Source of the DNA: an uncultured Acholeplasmataceae bacterium | GTDB taxonomy: Bacteria > Bacillota_I > Bacilli_A > Acholeplasmatales > Acholeplasmataceae | Assembly: GCA_963540225.1 (NCBI GenBank) | Contig: CAUTNH010000001.1 | Location: forward strand, 1 to 60,132 | Direction of reading: 5' to 3' | DNA length: 60,132 bases | Shown here: piece after piece, positions 16,098 through 28,039 of the stretch | Position numbering within the stretch: position 1 is the stretch's first letter | Layout: every line of letters begins with the position of its first letter | Position numbers and translations under genes: made by a program | The notes under the pieces: model-generated | What the model was told of the DNA's origin: nothing | Databases searched by the model: none | Seen by the model: only the letters and a program-made list of their open reading frames with translations

Positions 16098-17458
16098 TAA
16101 CTTACATCTCCTTTTTCATAATTAGCTTCTATATCATGCATTTTAGTAAGCCTATCAAGACCATACATCTCACCTGATTTTGTAATTGCCATTTTAGCAA
16201 AAAGCGGACCCGTCGTCTCATAGATTAAAATAGATAAAAGAATAATTGTAGATATTATATCGACCGTTTTTCCAAAATCACTATGCTCACCAAGTTGCCT
16301 TTTTATTATTGTTAAAAGTCCAATAGAAACCCCGCCTTGGGGAAAAAGTGAAAATCCAATATAATTTCTAACTTTCTTATCATCTTTTGAAATAGCACAT
16401 CCTGTAAATGCTCCTAGATATTTTCCAGAACCTCTAGCAAGAACATAAACCAGTGTAAGAAGTAATATAATATAACTTTGTTTAAGCATTCCTAAGTCAA
16501 GACTTGCGCCTGCTAAGGTAAAAAATATTATAAAAAATGGAGCTGAGAAATCATTTACTGTATCAAATGTCTTTTGTGGGTTTTTAGAAATATTAGAAAC
16601 CATAGCACCTAGGAAAATATTAGATAAAAGTGGAGAAAAACTAACCCATTTACCACTAAATGTGTTAAACAAATGACATAGTCCTAGTGTTAAGATAATA
16701 AAACCAATTGAAAGACCCTGCAGTTCATCTTTATTATTAAGGATTTTTTTAGATATTATAGAAAGTAAAAATCCCATAAAAAGGCCAAATGAAACAGATA
16801 TAATAATTTCAATAAATGGCTTTAATACAGTATACCAAATAGGAAGCATATTTCCGCCAGTTTGTGGAAATAGTGCACCTACAATTGAAAGAGAGATACC
16901 AAATACTATTATTCCAAATATATCATCAAGAGCAGTTATCGGAAGAACTGTTTTAGTCATCTTACCATAAGCACGATATTGTCTTATAACAAGAACAGTA
17001 GCGGCCGGCGCAGTTGATGCTGCAAGACTTGCAAGAAGAAGAGAAAATGAAATATTTGTTTTTCCTGTAAAAGAAAATGAATTGTTGATTTTTGTTTTCG
17101 GGAAAATAAAAATTAAAATAAATACAAAAACAATTGCAAAAAAAGTTTCAAAACTTGTTATAAGTGATACTCTTTTTCCCATCTTTTTTAAAGATGATAT
17201 TCTAAATTCACTTCCAATACTAAAAGCAATAAAAGAAAGTGCAATGTCATTTAAAAATGATAATTTCTTACTATCATCTTTTGATATTATTCCAGGAAAT
17301 CCATCAAATATAAGCGCCATTGATGGACCTAGTAAAATTCCAAATAATATATACCCTGATACATTAGGTAGTTTTAAAATTTTAGCGTATATCCCACCAA
17401 TAAATCCAACAATCAAAAGTATTCCAATTTGAAATACTTTATAAAGTATTGGATCCAT
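16097..17458 (-). CDS. cation:proton antiporter (CPA2 / Na+/H+ exchanger family)
   Basis: 453 aa with ~12 TM helices. The N-terminus ..LKLPNVSGYILFGILLGPS.. is typical of Kef/NapA-type exchangers. Confidence 0.8.
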   Translation of the reverse strand: MDPILYKVFQIGILLIVGFIGGIYAKILKLPNVSGYILFGILLGPSMALIFDGFPGIISKDDSKKLSFLNDIALSFIAFSIGSEFRISSLKKMGKRVSLITSFETFFAIVFVFILIFIFPKTKINNSFSFTGKTNISFSLLLASLAASTAPAATVLVIRQYRAYGKMTKTVLPITALDDIFGIIVFGISLSIVGALFPQTGGNMLPIWYTVLKPFIEIIISVSFGLFMGFLLSIISKKILNNKDELQGLSIGFIILTLGLCHLFNTFSGKWVSFSPLLSNIFLGAMVSNISKNPQKTFDTVNDFSAPFFIIFFTLAGASLDLGMLKQSYIILLLTLVYVLARGSGKYLGAFTGCAISKDDKKVRNYIGFSLFPQGGVSIGLLTIIKRQLGEHSDFGKTVDIISTIILLSILIYETTGPLFAKMAITKSGEMYGLDRLTKMHDIEANYEKGDVS

Positions 17459-17506
17459 TCCAGGAATTAAAGTTGATAAAATAATAATAAGACCTTCTTA
17501 TACATA

Positions 17507-17531
17507 AAAAGGCAATTTTAAATTGCCTTTT
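17507..17531 (-). terminator. terminator after tuf
   Basis: AAAAGGCAATT-TTA-AATTGCCTTTT with a T-run on the minus strand. Confidence 0.7.
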
Positions 17532-17549
17532 AATTTTATAAACAACTAA

Positions 17550-18737
17550 TTATTTAATAATTTTAGTTACAGTTCCAGCACCAACAGTTTTACCACCCTC
17601 ACGGATAGAGAACTTAGTACCGTTTTCAATAGCAATTGGGTGAATAAGTTCAACAGTCATTGCAGTATTTTCACCTGGCATAACCATTGCATCTTTACCA
17701 CCTTTTAACTCTACAACACCTGTAATATCAGTTGTTCTGAAATAAAATTGTGGACGATAATTTGTGAAAAATGGAGTATGTCTTCCACCTTCTTCTTTTG
17801 ATAGAACATAAACTTGAGCCTCAAATTTAGTATGAGGTGATACTGAACCTGGTTTTGCTAAAACTTGACCACGCTCAATATTTTCTCTTTCAATACCACG
17901 AAGAAGTGCACCAATGTTATCTCCTGCTTGAGCCTCATCTAGAAGTTTTCTAAACATCTCAATACCAGTTACAACAGTTTTTTGAGTTTCTTTAATACCA
18001 ACAATTTCAACAGTATCTCCAACTTTTAGTGTTCCTCTTTCAACACGACCAGTTGCAACAGTTCCACGACCAGTAATTGTGAAAACATCCTCAACTGGAA
18101 GTAGGAATGGTTGGTCTGTTGCTCTTTTTGGAGTATCAATATAAGAATCAACAGCATCCATAAGCTCCATAATTTGAGCTTGAGCCTTAGCATCACCTTC
18201 GATTGCTTTAAGAGCTGAACCTTTAATTACTGGAACATCATCACCTGGGAAGTCATAAGATGATAGAAGTTCTCTTACTTCCATTTCAACAAGGTCAAGA
18301 ATTTCTTTATCATCAACTAAATCTGCTTTGTTTAAAAATACAACAATTTTAGGAACACCAACTTGACGAGCAAGTAGAATATGTTCTCTTGTTTGTGGCA
18401 TAACTGAATCAGCAGCAGATACAACAAGAATTGCTCCATCCATTTGAGCAGCACCTGTAATCATATTTTTTACATAATCGGCGTGACCTGGGCAGTCAAC
18501 GTGTGCATAGTGTCTTTTATCAGTTTCATATTCAATATGAGAAGAGTTAATTGTAATTCCTCTTTCTTTTTCCTCAGGAGCACCATCAATTTGATCATAT
18601 GCTTTCTTTTCAGCTAATCCTTTACCTGCTAGAACAGTTGTAATAGCAGCAGTTAAAGTAGTTTTACCATGGTCAACGTGACCGATAGTACCAATGTTAA
18701 CGTGTGGTTTGTTTCTTTCGAATTTTTTCTTTGCCAT
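17550..18737 (-). CDS. tuf: elongation factor Tu
   Basis: 395 aa, a canonical EF-Tu sequence throughout. Confidence 0.99.
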   Translation of the reverse strand: MAKKKFERNKPHVNIGTIGHVDHGKTTLTAAITTVLAGKGLAEKKAYDQIDGAPEEKERGITINSSHIEYETDKRHYAHVDCPGHADYVKNMITGAAQMDGAILVVSAADSVMPQTREHILLARQVGVPKIVVFLNKADLVDDKEILDLVEMEVRELLSSYDFPGDDVPVIKGSALKAIEGDAKAQAQIMELMDAVDSYIDTPKRATDQPFLLPVEDVFTITGRGTVATGRVERGTLKVGDTVEIVGIKETQKTVVTGIEMFRKLLDEAQAGDNIGALLRGIERENIERGQVLAKPGSVSPHTKFEAQVYVLSKEEGGRHTPFFTNYRPQFYFRTTDITGVVELKGGKDAMVMPGENTAMTVELIHPIAIENGTKFSIREGGKTVGAGTVTKIIK

Positions 18738-18821
18738 ATTATTCCTCCTATAATTTTAATAACATTCTTTAAATTTTAAACTAATAAATATTTTAACGCA
18801 AAACAGCAATTTTTGCAAATA

Positions 18822-20897
18822 TTAAGAGTTTTTACTACGTTTTTTAACAATTTCATCATATACAGCTTTTGGTGTTTGCTGATAATGATCAAATTGCATT
18901 ACAAAGTTTGCTCTACCTTGAGAGTTAGATCTTAAATTTGTTGCATATCCAAACATTTGAGCAAGTGGCACAAACGCTTTAATTGCAACAGCATTTGATC
19001 TTACACCCTGAGATTCTATTCTTCCTCTTCTTTGAGAAAGATCACCTATAATATTTCCAACATATTCATTTGGAGTAATTACTTCAACATTCATAATAGG
19101 TTCAAGAATTGCAGGAGCACCTTTTGTCGCAAGGTCTTTAATAGCCATTGATGCTGCTATTTTATAAGCCATTTCAGATGAGTCTACTTCATGATATGAT
19201 CCATCATATAATGTTGCTTTAATATCCATTAGTGGATATCCTGCAATAATTCCTGAATCAAGCGTTTCAAGAAAACCTTTTTCAACAGCCGGAATATATT
19301 CTTTAGGAATTCTTCCTCCTACTACCTTATCAACAAACTCAAATCCCTTTCCTGGATTTGGCTCAAATTTAACTAGTATATGAGCATATTGTCCACGACC
19401 ACCTGATTGACGAATAAACTTTTCCTCAACATCGCACGCTTTAGTAATTGTTTCTCTAAATGAAACTTGTGGTTCTGCAACATTTGCCTCAACATGAAAT
19501 TCTCTACGAAGTCTATCAACAATAATATCAAGGTGAAGTTCACCCATACCAGCAATAATTGTTTGACCTGTTTCTTTATCCATATAAGTTTTAAATGTTG
19601 GATCTTCTTCGGCTAGTTTTTGCAATGCTATTGACATTTTTTCTTGGTCTTGTTTTGTTTTAGGTTCAATTGCAATATCAATAACTGGTTCTGGGAAAAT
19701 CATAGACTCAAGTATAATATCATCATTTGCAAGAGCAAGTGTATCACCTGTTGTTGTTCCTTTTAGACCAACAACTGCTGCAATATCACCTGTTGAAACC
19801 TCATCAATTTCTGAACGGTTATTAGCATGCATTAAAAGAATACGACCAAATCTTTCTTTAACATCTTTTGTAACATTATTTACATAAGAACCAGTTTTCA
19901 AAGTTCCAGAATATACTCTAAAATATGTAAGTCTACCAACATATGGATCAGTCATAACTTTAAATGCTAATGCTGTGAAAGGTTCTTTATCATCAGCTTT
20001 TCTTATTATTTCTTTACCTTCATGATTATGTCCTACAACTGGCGGAATATCTAGTGGAGATGGTAAATAATCCAAAACAGCATCAAGAACAAACTTAACA
20101 CCCTTATTTTTAAAAGCAGAACCACATAAAACAGGGAAAAATTCAACTGCTAGTGTTCCTTTTCTAATTGCCTTTTTAACAAGGTCAACCGAAATTTCTT
20201 CACCTTCAAGATATTTAATCATTAACTCTTCATCAAAATCAGCAGCAGCCTCGATTAGTTCATTTCTTTTTTCTTCTACTAAGTTTTTTAAATTAGCAGG
20301 GATTTCAATCTCTTTTGTATTTTCGTCAATTGATTCATCATATTTATACGCTTTACGATTTAATAAATCAATTATTCCGGAAAAATTATTTTCTGCTCCA
20401 ATAGGCCAGTTAAGTGCATATGCTTTAACACCTAGTCTTTCTTTAATAGATGATATAGCATTTGCATAATCAGCACCTATTTTATCCATTTTATTAACAA
20501 ATACAATTCTTGGAACTTTGTATTCTGTTGCTTGTCTCCAAACAGTTTCAGTTTGTGGTTCAACACCAGCCTGAGCATCTAATACTGTAACAGCACCATC
20601 TAAAACTCTAAGAGAACGAGATACCTCAACTGTAAAATCAACGTGTCCCGGGGTATCTATAATATTTACTTTATAGCCTTTCCAAAATGCTGTTGTAGCA
20701 GCTGATGTAATTGTAATACCACGTTCTTGCTCTTGTTCCATCCAGTCCATTTGAGCGGCACCTTCATGAGTTTCACCAATTTTATGAATCTTACCAGTAT
20801 GGTATAAAACTCTTTCTGTTGTAGTTGTCTTACCAGCATCAATGTGAGCCATGATACCAATATTTCTTACTTTTTCTAATTCAATATTTCTTGGCAT
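18822..20897 (-). CDS. fusA: elongation factor G (start re-called to ATG 20897)
   Basis: Canonical EF-G. The track start at 20912 is a TTG inside the rpsG stop/SD region. AGGAG lies 5 nt before ATG 20897 (MPRNIELEK..). Confidence 0.98.
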   Translation of the reverse strand: MPRNIELEKVRNIGIMAHIDAGKTTTTERVLYHTGKIHKIGETHEGAAQMDWMEQEQERGITITSAATTAFWKGYKVNIIDTPGHVDFTVEVSRSLRVLDGAVTVLDAQAGVEPQTETVWRQATEYKVPRIVFVNKMDKIGADYANAISSIKERLGVKAYALNWPIGAENNFSGIIDLLNRKAYKYDESIDENTKEIEIPANLKNLVEEKRNELIEAAADFDEELMIKYLEGEEISVDLVKKAIRKGTLAVEFFPVLCGSAFKNKGVKFVLDAVLDYLPSPLDIPPVVGHNHEGKEIIRKADDKEPFTALAFKVMTDPYVGRLTYFRVYSGTLKTGSYVNNVTKDVKERFGRILLMHANNRSEIDEVSTGDIAAVVGLKGTTTGDTLALANDDIILESMIFPEPVIDIAIEPKTKQDQEKMSIALQKLAEEDPTFKTYMDKETGQTIIAGMGELHLDIIVDRLRREFHVEANVAEPQVSFRETITKACDVEEKFIRQSGGRGQYAHILVKFEPNPGKGFEFVDKVVGGRIPKEYIPAVEKGFLETLDSGIIAGYPLMDIKATLYDGSYHEVDSSEMAYKIAASMAIKDLATKGAPAILEPIMNVEVITPNEYVGNIIGDLSQRRGRIESQGVRSNAVAIKAFVPLAQMFGYATNLRSNSQGRANFVMQFDHYQQTPKAVYDEIVKKRSKNS

Positions 20898-20905
20898 ATA
20901 ATCTC

Positions 20906-21376
20906 CTACCAACGATAATGTGCAAATGCTTTATTAGCTTCTGCCATTCTATGTGTATCATCACGTTTTTTACAAGATGCACCAATACCATTAGATGCAT
21001 CAATAATTTCTTTAGCTAATCTTTCGGCCATTGTTTTTTCATTTCTTAATCTTGAATATTGCACTATCCAACGAAGTCCAAGAGTTTGTTTTCTTCTTGG
21101 TTTAACCTCAACAGGAACTTGATAATTTTGTCCCCCTACACGACGAGATCTAGTCTCAATTACTGGCATTACATTTGATAATGCTAGGTTAAATACATCT
21201 AATGGATTTTTACCACTTTTCTTTTCAACAAGCTCAAAAGCATTATATAAAATTGATTGAGCTGTTCCTCTTTTTCCATCTAGCATGATTGCATTGATTG
21301 CCTTTGTTACAAGTTTTGAATTATAAATAGGATCAGGCAAAACATCACGCTTAGGAACGTATCCTTTTCTTGGCAT
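20906..21376 (-). CDS. rpsG: 30S ribosomal protein S7
   Basis: 156 aa, canonical S7. Confidence 0.98.
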   Translation of the reverse strand: MPRKGYVPKRDVLPDPIYNSKLVTKAINAIMLDGKRGTAQSILYNAFELVEKKSGKNPLDVFNLALSNVMPVIETRSRRVGGQNYQVPVEVKPRRKQTLGLRWIVQYSRLRNEKTMAERLAKEIIDASNGIGASCKKRDDTHRMAEANKAFAHYRW

Positions 21377-21396
21377 ATTATCTCTCCTTTTCCTTA

Positions 21397-21819
21397 TTAT
21401 TTGCTAGCTGCTTTAGGTCTTTTAGCACCATATTTAGATCTTGCTTGCATTCTTTTATCAACCCCAGCAGCATCTAGTGTTCCACGAATTATATGATATC
21501 TTACACCTGGTAAATCTTTAACTCTACCACCACGAATTAAAACTACACCATGTTCTTGTAAGTTGTGCCCAACTCCTGGAATATAGGCTGTTACTTCACT
21601 ACCATTACTTAATCTAACTCTGGCATATTTTCTCATTGCTGAGTTTGGTTTTTTCGGAGTCATTGTAGTAACTTTTGTACAAACTCCTCTTTTTTGTGGT
21701 GAATTACTCTTACTTTCTCTTTTTTTAAGACTATTAAATCCAAAGCCTAATGCAGGTGCTTTTGATTTGAAAGTTTTTTTACTTCTACCATTTGTTACAA
21801 GTTGTTGTATTGTAGGCAT
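21397..21819 (-). CDS. rpsL: 30S ribosomal protein S12
   Basis: 140 aa, canonical S12 (..[16 protein letters not shown]..). Confidence 0.98.
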   Translation of the reverse strand: MPTIQQLVTNGRSKKTFKSKAPALGFGFNSLKKRESKSNSPQKRGVCTKVTTMTPKKPNSAMRKYARVRLSNGSEVTAYIPGVGHNLQEHGVVLIRGGRVKDLPGVRYHIIRGTLDAAGVDKRMQARSKYGAKRPKAASK

Positions 21820-21958
21820 ATTTTCTCCTTCCTTAATAACACATATCCAAGTGTTCCATTTTTATTTTTAATTTTTAAAATGGCCTTTTAGGACCATTTT
21901 TTTTTATAAACCTATAATATGATAGCATATTTTATGTATTTTCTAAAATTAAATGCTT

Positions 21959-22741
21959 TTATAAGCACGAGTTAACAACTTCTAAAACTATATCATCTAT
22001 TTCATTTGTTGTTAAATCTTTTATATCATTATATTTAATAATATTATGATAAGTTATATATATTGTTTTTTTATAGTATTTTTTAAATCTCAGAGAATTT
22101 TTAATTGAAAAAGGCAATATATCAGATTCAGCCATTAAAGCAAGTTTATAAGCCGCAGATTTTGTATTAGACATTTTTTCACTATCGCGATTTTTAGTTC
22201 CACCTTCTGGAAAAACTACATAACTTATATTTTTTTCTATCATATTTGACTTTGCTGTTTTCAAAGATTCAACGGTTTCTCTTATATCATCACGGTTTAT
22301 TTTTATAGCATTTAATTTTTTAAATATAAATCTTAAAATCCTACTTTTATATAAATCCGATTTAGGAGTAAAACTAATAGGTTCTTTACTCACAATTATT
22401 AGAAATATCGGATCTAGTTTTGCTTTGTGATTTCCTACAAGAAGTACTCTTTTATTTTTAAAATTTATCCAATTTGTATTTTTAACTTTAAAAAAATAAA
22501 GTGCTTTTGAAAAAAAGATTAAAAGTGATCTAACAACTTTATAGTTAAATTTAAAATTCTTATCTTTTGAAAGTAGTAAGACAAACAAAAATAACAAAAA
22601 CAAAAGCAATGCAATTAGATAAAATGCAAGAGGAGATAGTAAAAAAAGTAAAATTATGTAATAGTAGTTTTTAGATAATATTAAAAATATTGTCGGTACT
22701 ACAAAATATATACAAGTTAAAAAAACAGTTAACGTAAACAT
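21959..22741 (-). CDS. plsC: 1-acyl-sn-glycerol-3-phosphate acyltransferase
   Basis: N-terminal TM segments, an HX4D motif (NHKAKLD) and FPEGGT. Confidence 0.8.
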   Translation of the reverse strand: MFTLTVFLTCIYFVVPTIFLILSKNYYYIILLFLLSPLAFYLIALLLFLLFLFVLLLSKDKNFKFNYKVVRSLLIFFSKALYFFKVKNTNWINFKNKRVLLVGNHKAKLDPIFLIIVSKEPISFTPKSDLYKSRILRFIFKKLNAIKINRDDIRETVESLKTAKSNMIEKNISYVVFPEGGTKNRDSEKMSNTKSAAYKLALMAESDILPFSIKNSLRFKKYYKKTIYITYHNIIKYNDIKDLTTNEIDDIVLEVVNSCL

Positions 22742-23208
22742 TTTTTTCTCCTTAAATTTAAAAAAAGTAAATCGCTTGATAATTCTTTTTTAACAATCTC
22801 AAAATCTTTTAAATTAAAATTATCTAAATAGATATTTCCGATTTTAAAATCTAGAATATATGTAAGATATATAAAATCGGTTTTTTCTAAAAGTCTTTCA
22901 TACAAACTTTTACCACCTATTATATATAAATCTTCATCCAAGTTATTTAAAAAATCATCTAAGTTGCTAACTTGAATAATTCTTTCATCCTCTATTTTTT
23001 TATCTGATACTACATAAATTTTCTTATAATTAAACTTTTTTATTTTATATTCTTCAACTAATGAAGTATATGTGTTATATCCCATTATTACATTTTTATC
23101 CCTTGTAATATTATTGTATCTTTTTAGATCTTCTACATAGTGCCATGGAAGAATGTTATCTTTTCCAATAAGTTTATTTAAATCCATTGCTAAAACCATA
23201 TAAATCAT
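22729..23208 (-). CDS. folA: dihydrofolate reductase
   Basis: 159 aa with ..[11 protein letters not shown].. and a GG..LY C-terminal motif. ATGA overlap with thyA. Confidence 0.85.
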   Translation of the reverse strand: MIYMVLAMDLNKLIGKDNILPWHYVEDLKRYNNITRDKNVIMGYNTYTSLVEEYKIKKFNYKKIYVVSDKKIEDERIIQVSNLDDFLNNLDEDLYIIGGKSLYERLLEKTDFIYLTYILDFKIGNIYLDNFNLKDFEIVKKELSSDLLFLNLRRKKCLR

Positions 23209-24071
23209 ACTGCAACATCTCCTTTAATTAGCGGATGAGGTTTATAATTTTCAAGTTTAAAATCATCAAATTTTATATCGTCAATAGATTTAATATCATT
23301 TGTAAAAGTTATATTAGGAAGTTTTTTAGGTCTTCTTTTTAACTGTTTTTTTATCTGATTTAAATGATTTATATAAATATGAGCGTCCCCTATTGTATGA
23401 ACAAATACACCTGGTTTTAAATTAGTTATTTTTGAAATAATCATTAAAAGAAGAGAATATGACGCAATATTAAAAGGAAGACCAAGGAATATATCGGCTG
23501 ATCTTTGATAAAGTTGTAAATTCAATTTATCATTTTCAACTATAAAATGCATTAAAACATGACATGGAGGAAGAGCCATTTTATCAAGTTCTGGCGGATT
23601 CCAAGCAGATACTATCATTCTTCTTGATTCTTTATTAGTTTTTATTTCATTAATAATATATTTTATTTGGTCAAAGCCATTAAAATCTCTCCACTGTTTA
23701 CCATAAATTGGGCCTAGTTCTCCATGTTTTTTAGCAAACTCTTCATCTTCTTTTATTTTTTTAGCAAATTCTAGGATATCTTCACCATTATAATTTGGAG
23801 TTTTCTTATAATTTAGAAAAGCCCATTCATTCCAAATTCTTACATTATTATCTACTAGATATTTAATATTTGTAGATCCTTTTAAAAACCATAAAAGCTC
23901 ATGAACAATAGATTTAAAATGAACCTTTTTAGTCGTTAAAAGTGGAAAGCCTAAATCAAGATTAAATCTCATCTGATAGCCAAAATAACTAATCGTATCA
24001 ACTCCTGTACGATTAGATTTTCTTAAACCAAATTTTAAAACTTTCTTACATAACTTTAAATATTCTTTCAT
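23205..24071 (-). CDS. thyA: thymidylate synthase (ThyA type)
   Basis: 288 aa with [16 protein letters not shown] and the DAHIY catalytic region. Confidence 0.95.
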   Translation of the reverse strand: MKEYLKLCKKVLKFGLRKSNRTGVDTISYFGYQMRFNLDLGFPLLTTKKVHFKSIVHELLWFLKGSTNIKYLVDNNVRIWNEWAFLNYKKTPNYNGEDILEFAKKIKEDEEFAKKHGELGPIYGKQWRDFNGFDQIKYIINEIKTNKESRRMIVSAWNPPELDKMALPPCHVLMHFIVENDKLNLQLYQRSADIFLGLPFNIASYSLLLMIISKITNLKPGVFVHTIGDAHIYINHLNQIKKQLKRRPKKLPNITFTNDIKSIDDIKFDDFKLENYKPHPLIKGDVAV

Positions 24072-25381
24072 TTTGCAAGAGTTAAAAATGCTTCAAGATA
24101 TATAGCACCTGCTTTTATTAAATCTTTTTTAAAGATATATTCATTAGGTGCGTGCATAAGTGATTCTTTATTAGGAAATTGTGGTCCAAATGCTACTAGA
24201 TTTTCAAACTCTCTTGCATATGTTCCACCACCTGTTGCAATTAGTTTTGTTTTTTTATCATTTGTATTAGATATATATATACTATGAAGTGTTTTTATAA
24301 GTTTTGATTTAGGGGATACAAAAAGATATTTACTATCTGATATTATTTTAGAATCATCAGATATATATTTTTTAATATTTTTTAATATTTTGCTAGGAGT
24401 AATATTTTTAGGATATCTTATATCAAATCCTATAACAATATCATCAGATTCCTTTTTTAATACTCCAATATTAATGGATAAATCTCCCATTAGTTTATTT
24501 TTTTTATTTATCTTTATTATTTTTCCACAAGTATCAAATTTACCGTCCTTAAAAATAAAATTAGACGTTATGATGTCAGAAAGATTAGATGAAAATCCAA
24601 GTGATTTTAAAACTTGAAAAAGCTTTAATATAGCAGAGATACCTTTTTCAGGAGTTGAACCGTGAGCTGATTTACCTTTTTGAATATATTCTAGTTTTTC
24701 ATTAAATTTTTCATTAAGGACTAATTTACATTCTTGTGAAACCATATTATATGTATTACCGCCGAATACATCTTTTATTTTATCGTCTTTAATGTATGAA
24801 TTTATTCTTAAAATACCTTTTTCAGAAAAAATTAAAGGAAAATCAGCATCTGGGATAAATCCCATAACAGGTTTTTCATTTACAATTTCATTATATCTTT
24901 TAACACATCTAGAACCAGATTCTTCATCAGTTCCAAATATTAGCTTTATTCTTTTATTAAGTTTTATATTATTATCTTTTATAATTTTTAAAGCATAATA
25001 ACTAGCCATTGATGCACCCTTATCATCTAATGTTCCACGACCAATTAGTTTATCAGATAATTTATCATATATCATAGTAAAAGGATCGCTACTCCAACCA
25101 TCCCCTGCTGGAACAACATCAAGATGACCTGCTGCAAGAATAAATTCTTTACCGCTTCCATAAGTTATTTCAAGAACCATGTTATCATAAATTTTATAAT
25201 TAAATTTATCTCTCTTACATAAATTTAACATATAATCAAGTGCTTCTCTTGGGCCTTTTCCAAATGGAGTTTCATAATTTGTAGGATCATATTTATCAAT
25301 TGATGAATCAATTTTAATAAGACCTGCCAAATCAGTTAAAAAATTATTTTCTTGTTTTTTAAACTCATCTAAGAAATTCAT
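24068..25381 (-). CDS. pepV: M20 family dipeptidase (PepV-like)
   Basis: 437 aa with [12 protein letters not shown] and GTDEESG motifs. Confidence 0.75.
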   Translation of the reverse strand: MNFLDEFKKQENNFLTDLAGLIKIDSSIDKYDPTNYETPFGKGPREALDYMLNLCKRDKFNYKIYDNMVLEITYGSGKEFILAAGHLDVVPAGDGWSSDPFTMIYDKLSDKLIGRGTLDDKGASMASYYALKIIKDNNIKLNKRIKLIFGTDEESGSRCVKRYNEIVNEKPVMGFIPDADFPLIFSEKGILRINSYIKDDKIKDVFGGNTYNMVSQECKLVLNEKFNEKLEYIQKGKSAHGSTPEKGISAILKLFQVLKSLGFSSNLSDIITSNFIFKDGKFDTCGKIIKINKKNKLMGDLSINIGVLKKESDDIVIGFDIRYPKNITPSKILKNIKKYISDDSKIISDSKYLFVSPKSKLIKTLHSIYISNTNDKKTKLIATGGGTYAREFENLVAFGPQFPNKESLMHAPNEYIFKKDLIKAGAIYLEAFLTLAK

Positions 25382-25440
25382 ATTATCACCTACTTTATTT
25401 TATCATATTATTTGATTTTAAATTATTTATGTTAAATAGT

Positions 25441-25474
25441 AAAAAAGAACTAGAAAGTTGCCCTTTCTAGTTCT
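25441..25474 (-). terminator. terminator overlapping the end of hydF
   Basis: A 12-bp stem AGAACTAGAAAG / CTTTCTAGTTCT followed by TTTTTT on the minus strand. Confidence 0.75.
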
Positions 25475-26628
25475 CCTTTAAGATAGCTTATTATTATGCC
25501 ATAATTAGTTATTGGAATATTTTTACTTTTTGCTTTATTTATTCTATTTTCCATATTAAGTCTATCATTCATACATCCACCACAATGAATTATTAGGGAA
25601 AATTTTGATATATCATCTGGAATTGGACCGTTTGAAAATGTGTATTTAAAATCTATTCCAGTTTTATTTTTTATTAGTTCAGGAATTAAAACATTTCCAA
25701 TGTCTTCATGATTTTTAGTATGAACGCATGATTCAGCAATTAAAATTTCATCACCTTTTTTTAACTTACTAATAACCTTTGCACTTTCGTAAAAAAGTTT
25801 TATATCGCCTTTTTGTCTTGCAAAAAGTATTGAAAAACTTGTAAGTTTTTTATCCTTAGGAACTATATTAGCAACTTCTTTAAAAATCTTGCTATCTGTT
25901 ATTACTAAATCAGGATCATATTTTTTTATATTTTTGTTAAGATTAGAAAGAGAAGATATTATAGATGTAGTATTTTTATCACAAAGCGCTCTCAAGGTCT
26001 GAACCTGAGGTAAAATCAATCTTCCTTTGGGAGCTTCTGAATCAATAGGAATTACAAGAATGGCAGTTTTACCATCTTCTAAAATACCTTCTAAAAGATT
26101 TACCTCAGAATCATTTTTAAGATTATTTTTTATCTCATTAAATATCTTATCTTTAAAATATTCTTTATTGTTAATACTAAACTTTAAAATGTTAAAATCT
26201 AATTTATCATCTAGTAGATCTGATTTTGAAATTATAAAAATTACTTTTTTATTTTTTAAATAATCTCTATTTTTTATCTCATTTATAAAATTATTTAATT
26301 CATCATTATTTTTTATATTATTTTTTTTTATATCATCAAAGGAGATTAAATATAAAATAAGATGACTATTTAAAATATTATCTATAGTTTTTTTCACTCT
26401 TAAACTTCCAAGATAACTAATATCATCAATACCTGCTGTATCAATTAAATTAAATGCTCCAAAGCCTGCAATTTCAATTACTCTATTTACAGGATCTGTT
26501 GTTGTTCCTACTACATCAGATACTATTGATTTTTCAAAATTTATTAAACTGTTAAAAAGAGTGGACTTACCACTGTTTGCATTTCCAATTATTACAATAT
26601 TTTTTTTATTTATATCTTTTTTCATCAA
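25450..26628 (-). CDS. hydF: [FeFe]-hydrogenase H-cluster maturation GTPase HydF
   Basis: GNANSGKST P-loop and DTAG, with C-terminal CVH...HCGGC cluster ligands. Confidence 0.85.
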   Translation of the reverse strand: MMKKDINKKNIVIIGNANSGKSTLFNSLINFEKSIVSDVVGTTTDPVNRVIEIAGFGAFNLIDTAGIDDISYLGSLRVKKTIDNILNSHLILYLISFDDIKKNNIKNNDELNNFINEIKNRDYLKNKKVIFIISKSDLLDDKLDFNILKFSINNKEYFKDKIFNEIKNNLKNDSEVNLLEGILEDGKTAILVIPIDSEAPKGRLILPQVQTLRALCDKNTTSIISSLSNLNKNIKKYDPDLVITDSKIFKEVANIVPKDKKLTSFSILFARQKGDIKLFYESAKVISKLKKGDEILIAESCVHTKNHEDIGNVLIPELIKNKTGIDFKYTFSNGPIPDDISKFSLIIHCGGCMNDRLNMENRINKAKSKNIPITNYGIIISYLKGELERATF

Positions 26629-28028
26629 ATATATAAATCTCTTTTACCATTTTTTAAAAGTTCAATATTTTTAAAAACTTGTTTTTCAAGTTTAGGATTA
26701 TTAAAATTTTTTACAGTTTTTTTAATATATTCTTCCATTTTAATAATTAAATCTTTATCACCATAATCTATTGCATACTCCATTAGAGTAATTAGCGCAT
26801 TATGATTACACATATAATGAATTTTACTAGCCTTTGCAATTTCCATAAAATGCTCGCCGGTTCTACCGACACGATAGCATGCAGTGCAATAACTTGGAAT
26901 ATAATCATTATCTATTAAATCATTAATTACTTCCTTAGGAGATCTTTGATCAAGCTTTTCAAACTGATCTATTTTTTCTTCCTTTAGAGATTTTTCATAT
27001 CCACCAACACCAGTACAAGAGCCAGCAGATACTTGAGATACTCCATATTTTATTAACTCACTTCTCATAATTGCCGATTCTCTTGTTGATAAAATAAGAC
27101 CTGTAAAAGGAACAGCAAGTCTTATAATTGCTACTAGTTTTTTGAATTCATTATCTGATACAATATATGGAAAATCATCCATTTTTATACCCTCAGCAGG
27201 TCTTAATCTAGGAACTGATATTGTATGAAAGCCAACACCAAATTTTCTTTCAAGATGCTCATTATGCATCATTAGTGCAAGTACTTCGAATTTATAATTA
27301 CTTAATCCAAATAAAACACCAGCACCAACATCATCAATACCTGCTTCCATTGCTCTATCAAATGCAGTTAGATGATAGTTATAATCACCTTTAAGACAGT
27401 TTGGATGCATTTTGTTATATTGAAAGATATCATATGTTTCTTGAAATAGGATATATGTTCCTATTTCAGCATTTTTTAACTTAACATAATTTTCTGTTGT
27501 AGTTGCCGCAATATTTACGTTTATCCTTCTTATAACTCCTCTTTTATTATAAGTATCATATATTGCTCCTATTGCATCAAGAACATAATCTATTGGACAA
27601 TTTATAGGATCTTCACCTGCTTCAAGAGCAAGCCTTTTATGACCCATATCCTCTAGTATCATTACCTCATTTTTTATTTCCTCTAATGTAAGTTTTCTTC
27701 TTTCAAATTTATTTTTATGTTGATAACCGCAATAAAGGCAATTGTTAACGCAATAATCACTTATATAAAGTGGTGCAAATAAAACTACTCTATTTCCGTA
27801 AATATCTTCTTTTATCTTGCCAGCAATTTTAAAAAGTCTTTTTAACTGGTCTTTATCTTCTATTTCAAGCAGGGTTGCAATTTCTTTATGAGTTAAACCT
27901 TTTTTTACCTCTGCTTTATCTAAGACTTTATCAATATCTTCTTTTGAAACTTCTTTTGCATCTTTTATAAGATTATTTATATAATCATAATCAATATGCA
28001 TATTCTCATCAAATCTTTTTTTATTCAT
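26625..28028 (-). CDS. hydG: [FeFe]-hydrogenase maturase HydG (radical SAM); start re-called to ATG 28028
   Basis: CVNNCLYCGY radical-SAM motif and a C-terminal CTACYRVGRTGEHFM cluster motif. The track's MKGDK prefix is the translated SD (TTGAAAGGTGATAAA). Confidence 0.88.
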   Translation of the reverse strand: MNKKRFDENMHIDYDYINNLIKDAKEVSKEDIDKVLDKAEVKKGLTHKEIATLLEIEDKDQLKRLFKIAGKIKEDIYGNRVVLFAPLYISDYCVNNCLYCGYQHKNKFERRKLTLEEIKNEVMILEDMGHKRLALEAGEDPINCPIDYVLDAIGAIYDTYNKRGVIRRINVNIAATTTENYVKLKNAEIGTYILFQETYDIFQYNKMHPNCLKGDYNYHLTAFDRAMEAGIDDVGAGVLFGLSNYKFEVLALMMHNEHLERKFGVGFHTISVPRLRPAEGIKMDDFPYIVSDNEFKKLVAIIRLAVPFTGLILSTRESAIMRSELIKYGVSQVSAGSCTGVGGYEKSLKEEKIDQFEKLDQRSPKEVINDLIDNDYIPSYCTACYRVGRTGEHFMEIAKASKIHYMCNHNALITLMEYAIDYGDKDLIIKMEEYIKKTVKNFNNPKLEKQVFKNIELLKNGKRDLYI

Positions 28029-28039
28029 TTTATCACCTT

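Noticed and set aside
19373-20860. Same-strand alternative-frame ORFs 19373..19555 and 20666..20860 within fusA.
   Set aside because: They are out of frame inside canonical EF-G and have no independent signals. They are chance open frames.
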